A stretch of DNA of 64,000 bases from Nemertoderma westbladi. Its lineage: Eukaryota > Animalia > Xenacoelomorpha. A program made the translations under genes and the position numbers. Positions 50,101 through 63,521 of this stretch are shown one piece after another. The stretch's first letter is position 1. Each line of letters opens with the position of its first letter. A model generated the notes under the pieces. That model did not search any database. It was given only the letters and a program-made list of their open reading frames with translations, and was not told the DNA's origin. The DNA lies in assembly GCA_032718475.1 (NCBI GenBank), contig JAUCBJ010000097.1, forward strand, positions 32,889 to 96,888, written 5' to 3'.

Positions 50101-53100
50101 CTCGAGATGGGTGAGTAAATATCTCGAGATGGGTGAGTAAATATCTCGAGATGGGTGAGTAAATATCTCGAGATGGGTGAGTAAATATCTCGAGATGGGT
50201 GAGTAAATATCTCGAGATGGGTGAGTAAATATCTCGAGATGGGTGAGTAAATATCTCGAGATGGGTGAGTAAATATCTCGAGATGGGTGAGTAAATATCT
50301 CGAGATGGGTGAGTAAATATCTCGAGATGGGTGAGTAAATATCTCGAGATGGGTGAGTAAATATCTCGAGATGGGTGAGTAAATATCTCGAGATGGGTGA
50401 GTAAATATCTCGAGATGGGTGAGTAAATATCTCGAGATGGGTGAGTAAATATCTCGAGATGGGTGAGTAAATATCTCGAGATGGGTGAGTAAATATCTCG
50501 AGATGGGTGAGTAAATATCTCGAGATGGGTGAGTAAATATCTCGAGATGGGTGAGTAAATATCTCGAGATGGGTGAGTAAATATCTCGAGATGGGTGAGT
50601 AAATATCTCGAGATGGGTGAGTAAATATCTCGAGATGGGTGAGTAAATATCTCGAGATGGGTGAGTAAATATCTCGAGATGGGTGAGTAAATATCTCGAG
50701 ATGGGTGAGTAAATATCTCGAGATGGGTGAGTAAATATCTCGAGATGGGTGAGTAAATATCTCGAGATGGGTGAGTAAATATCTCGAGATGGGTGAGTAA
50801 ATATCTCGAGATGGGTGAGTAAATATCTCGAGATGGGTGAGTAAATATCTCGAGATGGGTGAGTAAATATCTCGAGATGGGTGAGTAAATATCTCGAGAT
50901 GGGTGAGTAAATATCTCGAGATGGGTGAGTAAATATCTCGAGATGGGTGAGTAAATATCTCGAGATGGGTGAGTAAATATCTCGAGATGGGTGAGTAAAT
51001 ATCTCGAGATGGGTGAGTAAATATCTCGAGATGGGTGAGTAAATATCTCGAGATGGGTGAGTAAATATCTCGAGATGGGTGAGTAAATATCTCGAGATGG
51101 GTGAGTAAATATCTCGAGATGGGTGAGTAAATATCTCGAGATGGGTGAGTAAATATCTCGAGATGGGTGAGTAAATATCTCGAGATGGGTGAGTAAATAT
51201 CTCGAGATGGGTGAGTAAATATCTCGAGATGGGTGAGTAAATATCTCGAGATGGGTGAGTAAATATCTCGAGATGGGTGAGTAAATATCTCGAGATGGGT
51301 GAGTAAATATCTCGAGATGGGTGAGTAAATATCTCGAGATGGGTGAGTAAATATCTCGAGATGGGTGAGTAAATATCTCGAGATGGGTGAGTAAATATCT
51401 CGAGATGGGTGAGTAAATATCTCGAGATGGGTGAGTAAATATCTCGAGATGGGTGAGTAAATATCTCGAGATGGGTGAGTAAATATCTCGAGATGGGTGA
51501 GTAAATATCTCGAGATGGGTGAGTAAATATCTCGAGATGGGTGAGTAAATATCTCGAGATGGGTGAGTAAATATCTCGAGATGGGTGAGTAAATATCTCG
51601 AGATGGGTGAGTAAATATCTCGAGATGGGTGAGTAAATATCTCGAGATGGGTGAGTAAATATCTCGAGATGGGTGAGTAAATATCTCGAGATGGGTGAGT
51701 AAATATCTCGAGATGGGTGAGTAAATATCTCGAGATGGGTGAGTAAATATCTCGAGATGGGTGAGTAAATATCTCGAGATGGGTGAGTAAATATCTCGAG
51801 ATGGGTGAGTAAATATCTCGAGATGGGTGAGTAAATATCTCGAGATGGGTGAGTAAATATCTCGAGATGGGTGAGTAAATATCTCGAGATGGGTGAGTAA
51901 ATATCTCGAGATGGGTGAGTAAATATCTCGAGATGGGTGAGTAAATATCTCGAGATGGGTGAGTAAATATCTCGAGATGGGTGAGTAAATATCTCGAGAT
52001 GGGTGAGTAAATATCTCGAGATGGGTGAGTAAATATCTCGAGATGGGTGAGTAAATATCTCGAGATGGGTGAGTAAATATCTCGAGATGGGTGAGTAAAT
52101 ATCTCGAGATGGGTGAGTAAATATCTCGAGATGGGTGAGTAAATATCTCGAGATGGGTGAGTAAATATCTCGAGATGGGTGAGTAAATATCTCGAGATGG
52201 GTGAGTAAATATCTCGAGATGGGTGAGTAAATATCTCGAGATGGGTGAGTAAATATCTCGAGATGGGTGAGTAAATATCTCGAGATGGGTGAGTAAATAT
52301 CTCGAGATGGGTGAGTAAATATCTCGAGTGGGTGAGTAAATATCTCGAGATGGGTGAGTAAATATCTCGAGATGGGTGAGTAAATATCTCGAGATGGGTG
52401 AGTAAATATCTCGAGATGGGTGAGTAAATATCTCGAGATGGGTGAGTAAATATCTCGAGATGGGTGAGTAAATATCTCGAGATGGGTGAGTAAATATCTC
52501 GAGATGGGTGAGTAAATATCTCGAGATGGGTGAGTAAATATCTCGAGATGGGTGAGTAAATATCTCGAGATGGGTGAGTAAATATCTCGAGATGGGTGAG
52601 TAAATATCTCGAGATGGGTGAGTAAATATCTCGAGATGGGTGAGTAAATATCTCGAGATGGGTGAGTAAATATCTCGAGATGGGTGAGTAAATATCTCGA
52701 GATGGGTGAGTAAATATCTCGAGATGGGTGAGTAAATATCTCGAGATGGGTGAGTAAATATCTCGAGATGGGTGAGTAAATATCTCGAGATGGGTGAGTA
52801 AATATCTCGAGATGGGTGAGTAAATATCTCGAGATGGGTGAGTAAATATCTCGAGATGGGTGAGTAAATATCTCGAGATGGGTGAGTAAATATCTCGAGA
52901 TGGGTGAGTAAATATCTCGAGATGGGTGAGTAAATATCTCGAGATGGGTGAGTAAATATCTCGAGATGGGTGAGTAAATATCTCGAGATGGGTGAGTAAA
53001 TATCTCGAGATGGGTGAGTAAATATCTCGAGATGGGTGAGTAAATATCTCGAGATGGGTGAGTAAATATCTCGAGATGGGTGAGTAAATATCTCGAGATG

Positions 53101-54720
53101 GGTGAGTAAATATCTCGAGATGGGTGAGTAAATATCTCGAGATGGGTGAGTAAATATCTCGAGATGGGTGAGTAAATATCTCGAGATGGGTGAGTAAATA
53201 TCTCGAGATGGGTGAGTAAATATCTCGAGATGGGTGAGTAAATATCTCGAGATGGGTGAGTAAATATCTCGAGATGGGTGAGTAAATATCTCGAGATGGG
53301 TGAGTAAATATCTCGAGATGGGTGAGTAAATATCTCGATGGGTGAGTAAATATCTCGAGATGGGTGAGTAAATATCTCGAGGGGTGAGTAAATATCTCGA
53401 GATGGGTGAGTAAATATCTCGAGATGGGTGAGTAAATATCTCGAGATGGGTGAGTAAATATCTCGAGATGGGTGAGTAAATATCTCGAGATGGGTGAGTA
53501 AATATCTCGAGATGGGTGAGTAAATATCTCGAGATGGGTGAGTAAATATCTCGAGATGGGTGAGTAAATATCTCGAGATGGGTGAGTAAATATCTCGAGA
53601 TGGGTGAGTAAATATCTCGAGTGGGTGAGTAAATATCTCGAGGGGTGAGTAAATATCTCGAGGGGTGAGTAAATATCTCGAGATGGGTGAGTAAATATCT
53701 CGAGATGGGTGAGTAAATATCTCGAGATGGGTGAGTAAATATCTCGAGATGGGTGAGTAAATATCTCGAGATGGGTGAGTAAATATCTCGATGGGTGAGT
53801 AAATATCTCGAGATGGGTGAGTAAATATCTCGAGGGGTGAGTAAATATCTCGAGATGGGTGAGTAAATATCTCGAGATGGGTGAGTAAATATCTCGAGAT
53901 GGGTGAGTAAATATCTCGAGATGGGTGAGTAAATATCTCGAGGGGTGAGTAAATATCTCGAGATGGGTGAGTAAATATCTCGAGATGAGTGAGTAAATAT
54001 CTCGAGGGGTGAGTAAATATCTCGAGATGGGTGAGTAAATATCTCGAGATGGGTGAGTAAATATCTCGAGATGGGTGAGTAAATATCTCGAGATGGGTGA
54101 GTAAATATCTCGAGATGGGTGAGTAAATATCTCGAGATGGGTGAGTAAATATCTCGAGATGGGTGAGTAAATATCTCGAGATGGGTGAGTAAATATCTCG
54201 AGATGGGTGAGTAAATATCTCGAGATGGGTGAGTAAATATCTCGAGATGGGTGAGTAAATATCTCGAGATGGGTGAGTAAATATCTCGAGATGGGTGAGT
54301 AAATATCTCGAGATGGGTGAGTAAATATCTCGAGATGGGTGAGTAAATATCTCGAGATGGGTGAGTAAATATCTCGAGATGGGTGAGTAAATATCTCGAG
54401 ATGGGTGAGTAAATATCTCGAGATGGGTGAGTAAATATCTCGAGATGGGTGAGTAAATATCTCGAGATGGGTGAGTAAATATCTCGAGATGGGTGAGTAA
54501 ATATCTCGAGATGGGTGAGTAAATATCTCGAGATGGGTGAGTAAATATCTCGAGATGGGTGAGTAAATATCTCGAGATGGGTGAGTAAATATCTCGAGAT
54601 GGGTGAGTAAATATCTCGAGATGGGTGAGTAAATATCTCGAGATGGGTGAGTAAATATCTCGAGATGGGTGAGTAAATATCTCGAGATGGGTGAGTAAAT
54701 ATATCGAGATGGGTGAGTAA
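38169..54720. repeat. 22-bp satellite (~750 copies) made of the exon end plus 5' splice site
   Basis: Unit AATATCTCGAGATGG|GTGAGTA; first copy overlaps the codons for Y-L-E-M and the donor. Confidence 0.98.
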
Positions 54721-56498
54721 TAGTGTTGAGAACTGTAACTGTAATTATACTGTAACTGCAACTGTAACTGAATGATTTGGATGATTTTTTGAATACTGTA
54801 ACTATAACTGTAACTGTAATTGCGAATTTTAAATACTGTAACTGTAACTGAAACTGTAATTAGGAATTTTGAATACTGTAACTGTAACTGAAACTGAAAT
54901 TACTAAATATCGATTCAGTTCTCATCTCAATCACACAACTAACATGAATGAGCATTGGAAACAGTATTGTATGTAATATTATAAAGTATAGTTATTTAAA
55001 TGAATAACACTTTTCAACATGGGTATCATTTTTAAAACATTGATTTTTTATTTTTGTTTATTATTATAGTTTTAGACCTTGATAGTAGTAAGTGTCCCAA
55101 AGACCCATTGCCCACTTAGCTCAATTGTGATTGATTTGGCGAGTTAAGTAGTGAAGGAAAGATCTAGAATATGGTTATAATAATTACTGTAGCCTATGTT
55201 TATCTGTCTCAACTACAGTATTAGACTATTATCTGTTGCAACTGTAATGAATGATATTGTAATAAGTTGTTCAGAAATGGAAAAAATGAGAAAGTGCGTC
55301 ACTGGGGGTTGAACCAGTGCTATAGTAGCGCTAATAGGTCCAGCCACTCCCCCCTGACATCACCTTTCTATTTATTGCACTTCTACTGAACAGGCAGTCT
55401 TAGTTGCATTTGCATATCCTGTCTCTAACAGCGGACCTACCGGCCTCAAGTATGATAGAGTGAAACAGGAGGAAAGTACAAATATATAAATAATCAGTTC
55501 GAGTATTGCTGCCTGGTGATATTAATTTAATAAATGAATGTCGGAGCTCGGAGCGCGAACTTTGTTCCTAATATGTGAAAATGCCAATTTTGTTCAAATT
55601 CACAGCGAACATTTTTCCTATTTTTGCGAACTTTGTTCCGATTTTAGTGAATTTTGTTCCAATGAAAATTAATAATTCTGTCTTCTCACTCGCAAATCGA
55701 TTGCGAATTTTGTTCCTATGAAGGCGAATGTATTCTGCATTAAGTATATATATATAAAAAAAAATATAAATATATAAAAATATTGCACACCGCGCGGTGT
55801 ACCGTTGGATGTGTACAGGCCTTAAGGTAAGCCAGACAGGCTAGGTGGAGGTAAACTGCAAAGTGAAATATAACAGAATAAAGCCTTGTATACTTCACAT
55901 GGGTCCGGCCTGGTCTCTCTCTCTCTCCTTCTTGTGTGTTGTATATTATTATGTAATATTTATGATTAATGGTGTAATGGATAGTATTGAGAAAAATTAC
56001 CAGAAATAAACCACCATAACAACAATAATTACATTATTTTAGAGGGCCCTCTTTCATACAACAACTACAACCTATAGCTCTCTATAAAGAAGCATTTTCG
56101 TAATGAACATTATTATAATTAGTGTATTACTGTAATATATTAAAGTGACTCGTCTTTTTTTAGATAACTTTTTTTATTGCTCAAGTGATTCGGTTGATTT
56201 TGTGGGCAAGTGACTGCACTGCACCCTGCCTATGAGACTGACATTATTTAAATGACTGCTTACTGGGTGGGATAATTATATTGAATCTATAACTGAAACT
56301 GTAACTGACATTTTATCAGGATCAAAACTGTAACTGTAACTGAAATGCTTAATTTTTTAATACTGAAACTGTAACTGTAACTGAAATGTTACACATTGTA
56401 ATACTGAAACTGTAACTGTAACTGAAATGCAAAACTTTGAATACTGTAACTGTAACTGTAACTGAAATTAGTAAAAATTGATTCAGTTCTCAACACTA
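54721..56498. mobile_element. Non-autonomous hAT-type DNA transposon
   Basis: 15-bp TIRs TAGTGTTGAGAACTG / CAGTTCTCAACACTA; 8-bp TSD GTGAGTAA / GTTAGTAA; subterminal (ACTGTA/ACTGAA)n; no transposase ORF. Confidence 0.85.
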
Positions 56499-56770
56499 GT
56501 TAGTAAATATCTCGAGATGGGTGAGTAAATATCTCGAGATGGGTGAGTAAATATCTCGAGATGGGTGAGTAAATATCTCGAGATGGGTGAGTAAATATAT
56601 CGAGATGGGTGAGTAAATATCTCGAGATGGGTGAGTAAATATCTCGAGATGGGTGAGTAAATATCTCGAGATGGGTGAGTAAATATCTCGAGATGGGTGA
56701 GTAAATATATCGAGATGGGTGAGTAAATATCTCGAGGGGTGAGTAAATATCTCGAGATGGGTGAATAAAT
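56499..56770. repeat. Distal remainder of the 22-bp satellite (~12 units)
   Basis: Same unit resumes after the hAT insert. Confidence 0.95.
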
Positions 56771-57195
56771 ATTAATTTTTAAAAGTAATTTAACTCTACA
56801 ATACTTAATTATCATTATGATATAGAATAATACTATATAAATCTTGATTACTGATTACTCCACCCATTGGAAGTGTGTAAAAACGTTCTAGAACAAACTC
56901 GAGTCACTGAAAATCATATTGCTTTTGTATTAAGTCATCATATCACCCGGTGTAGAATTTGTTCACTTTTAGGAAAATCCTCGATGATGCTATACTATTG
57001 ATTACAACTATCATGTCTACCCAAAATCACTATTATTTTACTATAAATACTTCCATTCAATATGTAATACAATCTTTCGGAAAGTTTATATCGGCAGGTT
57101 TCTCTGCCTGATTTTGTCAGTCAACTTTTATTCTCAGAATGTTGTGTAAATTTTGGATTTCTATTATAATAAATTTATAATTATTTTCCTCGCAG

Positions 57196-57401
57196 TTCTC
57201 CAGTTTGGGTTTATCACTATATTCGTAGCGGCCTTCCCCTTGGCACCAATGTTCGCGTTGCTCAATAACTGGGTAGAAATCCGTCTAGACGCCACAAAGT
57301 TTACCTGCCAAGTCCGAAGGCCGGTCCCGGAACGAGCCCAGAATATAGGCATCTGGTTCGAGATTCTAGAAACCCTAAGTTCCATGGCAGTTGTCTCGAA
57401 T
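57196..57401 (+). CDS. ANO: Anoctamin exon
   Basis: CGCAG acceptor; (V)[35 protein letters not shown]...RRP...[19 protein letters not shown]; GTTAGT donor. Confidence 0.96.
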
Positions 57402-58994
57402 GTTAGTAGTTAAATATGGAATTTAATTCAACTTCATATAATTTTCATCCATTTATGTATCATAACTTTACCTATGGATTTAAGCCTTCTGGATCGCACA
57501 TACGGACTTAAGTAACAAACTTAATTTAAATTAAGTGCCAGAAAAATTGTAATCGACTTAATCAATTATTTTCTAATTTTAAGTAAATATATTTAAAATT
57601 GAGAGATAAATGTCAATTTTTAATTCAGTCTGCTAAAAACAAAACTTGGCGGAAATACATAAATTTTATCTTTTTTTTTCAACTTTTTTTGCCTAATTTG
57701 TTAACAAGTTTGACAAAAAATTTATACTTTTTTTGTCATCAAAAAAAGTAAAGTTGAATTAATTTTCAAAGTAATTTCCCTGACATTGATTTTTTATACT
57801 AGCTAGTTTTTGCTAATTTTTTTATAAATTAAATAGAACACGTGTTTGTTAGCTATCAATAATTTTGATAAAAAAAAAATAAATAAAAAATTTTTTTCTA
57901 GAACACATTTTTTTCGTTCTAGAACACATTTTTTGTTCTAGAACACATATTTTTGTTCTAGAACACACTTTTTATTTATTATACGAGCTATTTTTTTCTA
58001 CTTTTTTTTAAATAAATGTTATATTACCGGTACACTCACCAGGATGCATTGCTGAGCGCCATAATTGCATCCCATTTAGTAGGCGTTTCAGGAATTTTAT
58101 TGACTGATCACACATTTCTCTCACACACAGCCTGAGCAGGTCTATTATGATGGAGCCGTCCTGACTCATATGTTGCGCATGTAGAGCGATGCTGTGTTTT
58201 GGATATATGGCAATTAGAAGATATGTTTACCGACATTGTACATCTCCTGTATAGTTAATAGGAATTGTATTTTCTTCATTTTTTTACTGTAATTTTGTAA
58301 AGTAAAGAAGAATTTTTGCACGGAAATCTAGGTAAACACAAATTAATGGTTTGTTTTTGCTGCGTTTTAATTAAATTTAATATGTTGATATTGTAATTTC
58401 ACTTTAATATACTCACTAGTAACAATGCTATTATAAATATGAATATTACAAAAACTACAACACAGATAACAATCCAACATTTTCTAACCGAAAAACCATT
58501 TTCTGGGCCTCTGATCTTCTTTGTAGGCCAATTCTTATTAATCTCATCAACTGTATTACTGTTTGTTATTAAATCTTCATTCAAATAATCTGCCATTTTC
58601 TTAATCCCTTTTCTCTCTCATTGCAACATATATTATTCATAAGTTTTTCTGATACTTTAATATGACTGAAACACATTTATATTGATATGATTCTCGGCAT
58701 AGTTTTCATTCCAATGACCTTGGCATGGCATGGAAGAACACGTGGATTCTTTATAATTATTATTTAAATTGGAGTTATACCGGTACAGTAACTTATTCAG
58801 ATAAGTTTTCTTATTTAAAACAACAATTCTTAAATTTTGTTTTATAGTTTGTACTGTACATGTACCGAGTGTTCCAGAAACACTTTGTTTTTATGTATGA
58901 ATAGCTATACACAATAATGGCGATTCATGGCGATTAATCCTAAACAGACGTAATGTTGGGAATTAAAGAAAAGTTTTACGTTATCATTAGTCTA

Positions 58995-60659
58995 GGTTTA
59001 TTCTTGGTTGCGATGACGCGAGAAGTTTGTTGGCTTGTGGGGCCAACACTCCATCGCATGAGGCCACAAATGGGGAGAAGTCACCGCGACGAGCTGCAAC
59101 AGCAGCTGCGTACAGGTGCTTCTTTTCATACCCTGCAGCTTGAAGCACGGACATGGGGGCACGATTCGATTAGTATAGGACCCGGCGTCAAGGTTGGTTT
59201 ACCTGATCTAGATCAACGCCTGGGTCTGTACACTAAAAGCACCCCTTATCCCCACATCGCACCGCAGTCCCGCCATGTCCCCTTCTTCCAGCTGCTCCCG
59301 CACCACCGGTTCCACTTGCGCCATTCTTGTTCATAATTGTGGTTGACTATGTTCTACGCATGTCCTTAGATCATCATAATGATGATGGGGTGATGGTAAC
59401 TCCACCTACTGGCTCCAGAAGTCTAGGAAACCCTGCCAATAACTGATCTAGACATAGCTGATGACTTAGGAGTACTCTCAGAATCACTAGAGGGAGCCCA
59501 ACGGCTCCTCAGTTCATTAGAACATGCTGCTTCTAGTGTTGGTCTTTTTATTAACTCCAGAAAGACCAAAATTTTGACAGTTAACTTTGAAAGTCCTCAG
59601 CAAGTCTCTAATCGGATGAGCATAAGCTCAAAGGATGGTATGCTTGAGCATGTGGAGGACTTCTGTTACCTGGGATCATGGATCCGCAAGTCAGGTGAGG
59701 GAGGACCTTCGAATACGTAAGGGAAAGGCATGGGCAGCCTTGAATAGGCTTTCCAGGATTTGGAAGTCACCGAGAATTAATCGGAAACTTAAGGTCCGAT
59801 TATTTAGAGCAGCAGAAGTTCCAGTACTCCTCTATGGGAGTCCATGCTGGGCTCTAACTGCTGAGGGCACCAAATCTCTGGATGGTACATTCACAAGAAT
59901 GCTACGCCGGGTTCATTGTGTCAAGTACAATGCACACATCTCCAACCAGACACTATATAACATTGGAGGTGTCTCATTGGTTCTCCCAAGCTTGACACTA
60001 GAACAAAGTCGCCTCCGCTTTGCAGGACATTGCTTTCGCCGTGAGGACCAGCCAGTGCATAATCTTGTACTTTGGCAGCCTCATGGAGTGAATAAGCGTG
60101 GTGGACAGCCCATGACTTTCTTGAGACGCATCTTAAAGGACACTGGCCTTGAAGATGCGGATGATCTAGCAAATGTCGTGGGTGATAGGGAGTTGTGGCG
60201 GCGCAATTTTGTCGACAAGCCGGCACAGCATTCTTAAAAATGCAGCTGCAATGCAGCATGCCGATCCTAGTAGTAGTAGTAGTACCGGTTCCAACAGGAC
60301 ATTTCGAGGCCCAAATGCCAGAGCAGCAAGGTCTCCGCCGGTGTCCTGCAGTTAATTGTGGTGCTGGTTAACAAGACCATCCTTCTTGCAATTTAAACCG
60401 TGTATCAAATCGAAGGCGACCCGCAACTATTGCATTGGCTTGGTACACCGAGGAGGGGGTGACCATACCGCACTGCAATCGAGTCGCGGAACTCCAGGGG
60501 GATAGGTCGAACTGAAAGTTGGCTCTTGGGAGCGCCAAGACCCAACTGCCTGTTTTTTATATTCAGCTGCACGGCGGATTGTGCGACATCGACCCTCGGG
60601 CATTCTTCCTAGAGCACACTCGAGAGTTACCCTTTCAGCCTCAGTTCTCCTCTCATGCA
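58995..60659 (-). mobile_element. Degenerate CRE/R2-type (RLE) non-LTR retrotransposon fragment, interrupted by RTE
   Basis: Broken minus-strand translation: CNSCG..FDLIHGLNCKK, VLLEPVVRE..GLRCDVGIRG, EKKHLY....RRGDFSPFVASCDGVLAPQANKLL (CCHC plus restriction-like endonuclease). Confidence 0.7.
59315..60283 (+). mobile_element. 5'-truncated RTE-like LINE (family B)
   Basis: LAPFLFIIVVDY..ITDLDIADD..RLRFAGHC; (TAG)n tail; 10-bp TSD ACCGGTTCCA at 59305-59314 and 60284-60293. Confidence 0.9.
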
Positions 60660-61870
60660 CCGGGTGTTCCATATTGATTGCCACCCGCCCCCCCCCCTGG
60701 TCAGCCAAAACTGCCAGACATGCACCTGAGTATAATATACCATTCGAAAGAGAATTTAATTCTGAGCTTGCATGCAAAAATTTAGGGTCCAATACAAAAG
60801 TATAAAAATTTTATAGGCTATTCTTTAAACCTATCTTACTTTTCGTTATTTTTGATTTAATCGCAATTAAGTCGTCGGCCAGCCAGCGTTAGTCATCAGA
60901 TTTACAGCCATGTTTCACCTTTGTAGCACGGGGAGCTCCTCGATAGTGGCAAAGAATGTTGGCCCTTAAAAGGGCCGTTTTGGTCTGAGTTCAGTTTGAT
61001 TATGCCACAGTATTAAAAATCCGTGTTTCCTCCATTTGCATTGCAAATTCGTCTGGGAAAAGTTGATAAGAAGTTTATCAAATAAATCTCGGTCATCAGC
61101 CATACTTTCCAGCACATAATTCAGGTGTTGTTTGAGTACAACTTTGGAGTATCTCATTTTGGGTTGTTCCATCTATTACTCTTTTCCATATTTTCAATGC
61201 TTTTGATTTTGCCACGATTAAGAAGGATTTCTATTTGGAAGGCCCGCACTGATTTCTTAGGGCGACCTGCACACTCAGCTAGAATATCCTTAAATTCTTG
61301 TGAAAAAAAAATGGTCTTCCAGTTGTTTTCACCTTCCCGCAATTGTGTGGATCTCAATTCCAGTTTCGCTTCACAAAATCTTCACTACGCATTATCTTCT
61401 CCGCGATCCACTTCCTTGATCGGTTCACTAAAAGTAACAGCTCTGATTCTGTCAACGTTGATACTGATACGTTTTTCTTCAGAGTCATCGAAGATTGCAC
61501 TGTAACTTGTCATTTTCATTACTTCTGTTAGGCCTAATTCAGTAAAATTTCCAAAGAAACACGCTAACTGTAACAGTAATACCGGGAACTGAATACTGTA
61601 ATATATTGCAATACAGCAAAAGTCAGGCAGTAATAACTGTTTAAACAGGGCTGCTAATATGATAAATTATACGCTGGATAAATTATATTTTTTATGGTGA
61701 TTAAATCTAAAATATTGCAATATAAGATAGGTTTGAAGAACAGCCTATAAAATTTTCATACTTTAGTAATGGATCATAAATTTTGCATGCAAGCTCAGAA
61801 TGAAATTATCTTTCGAATGGTATATTACAATAAGGTGCTTGTCTGGCAGTTTTGACTTGCCATTGGGGGT

Positions 61871-61923
<53 letters not shown>

Positions 61924-61940
61924 CATTATGGAACACCCGG
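60660..61940 (-). mobile_element. Degenerate Tc1/mariner-like DNA transposon with ~190-bp TIRs
   Basis: CCGGGTGTTCCATA...aaacctatctta at left is mirrored at 61725-61940; TA on the right flank (CA on the left); fragmented internal minus-strand ORFs; poly-G expansion in the right TIR. Confidence 0.75.
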
Positions 61941-63270
61941 TACAATGTATATATTAATAATTGCTACCAAATTATTATTATATTTTATTAATATTACTCT
62001 CTAAGACATACTTTTAAATTGTAAAAGAACTACTAAATATCAACATACACGACTCTCCAATGTAGTCGCAATGTCCAGTAGCAAGTGTGTTAATGTAATC
62101 GAAACAGTTAAATTATTTTTATTACGGTATATTAAATTCTTTGCCAAATATCGAAATAATCTAATCTAATCCTATCTAATTACATATATTATTTACTGGC
62201 AGATTTATTATTGAGTCATTACATGACCTATTATAAATATTGGGTCGTTAGTCGTAATATATGATAATTTAATTAATTAAAGTATTAACATAAAGAACTG
62301 GATGATAATATAAAGTATCTAATAGTAATATAAAGTAATAATATATAGTAAAGCATGGGTTGAGGGACCGTTTACTTACGTACATTGTTACTTATTAAAA
62401 TTTAATATATTTTTTTTCATTTCTGGATACTATAGATATTATTTCAGAAGCCACTTTTAAAATTTGGTGGCAAAGTGTCTGTCTGTTCGCCTGTCGGTCT
62501 GTCCTTCGAAATATAACCGACCGCAAGATAAACAGACAAACAGTTGGAACCGATCAAATGTAAAACACAGACATCGGAAAAAGAAATCACCGACCAGGGG
62601 AAACCCCTATAACAATACTATTGCAGTCCTTCAATGTACTTTTAGATAGATGGTGTGCTTTACTTTTTATTTTCGATAGACCGACAGACAGTCATGCAGA
62701 AATTTAAGAAAATTAATTTAAATTCAATATTATAGTCCAACCAAAATGTGTATTGCACTTTATTCAAATTTATTTCATTTTTTGAGGAGTATTCTATTTC
62801 AATATGTTGACTTCAAACACAGTAACAGCCACCCCCATCATCTTATTAGTATTTTACGGTTAGTAGTTTACGCAGTCTGAGCACTGCTGCTTGATTTGTC
62901 CGTGAAAAAATCGTTGATTGTATGTCACCATTAATAAAAAAAAACGCATGGAGAGTGTATCTGGAAAAATAACAACCAGTTTACAAGTAAAAACACAGTC
63001 GGCCCACTAAATTTAGTGGACTGTTGCAGCCTTACCAGGCTGACCAGGCTTACCAGGCTGACCAGGCTTACCAGGGTATTATGGCCATGGACATATTTTA
63101 CTGTGTAATGAATCATATTGTATAGTCTCTTCAACATTGTGAAAATGGATATAAAATTATTATGAGGTACTATAACGGGTGAACCGATGTTTTGTAAGCT
63201 TTTACTATTTAGGTATTTTTTTTTTACGAATTTTCCGCTTACCCCCCCCCCCCCCCCCCCCCCCCACCAG

Positions 63271-63521
63271 GCGTTCGTGATTGCTTTTACCTCCCGACTT
63301 TCTTCCCAAACTGGTCTACCAGTACCAATTCTACGCCCAACATGGTGACAAATACACTCTAGATGGTTACGTCAACTTCTCATTGTCATGGAAACCCGAT
63401 GGCGTCACGAAACCCGCTGAGCCATGCCGTTACCGTGACTACAGGGATAATAATGGCGACTTAACGCTCTTCTATTGGAAAACTTTTGTGCTGCCGACTT
63501 GCCTTTGTAATTGCCTTTGAG
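63271..63521 (+). CDS. ANO: Anoctamin exon with two apparent +1 homopolymer frameshifts
   Basis: Poly-C/CAG acceptor; AFVIAFTS/DFLPKLVYQY...GYVNFSLS...CRYRDYR...FYWK/LLCCRLAFVIAFE once one extra C (~63293) and one extra A (~63480) are removed; GTTAGT donor. Confidence 0.85.

Noticed and set aside
44979-54761. 3260-aa minus-strand ORF
   Set aside because: Translation of the 22-bp satellite, whose minus strand lacks stop codons; no domain content
61763-61991. Poly-Pro / poly-Gly ORFs
   Set aside because: Homopolymer G run inside a transposon TIR
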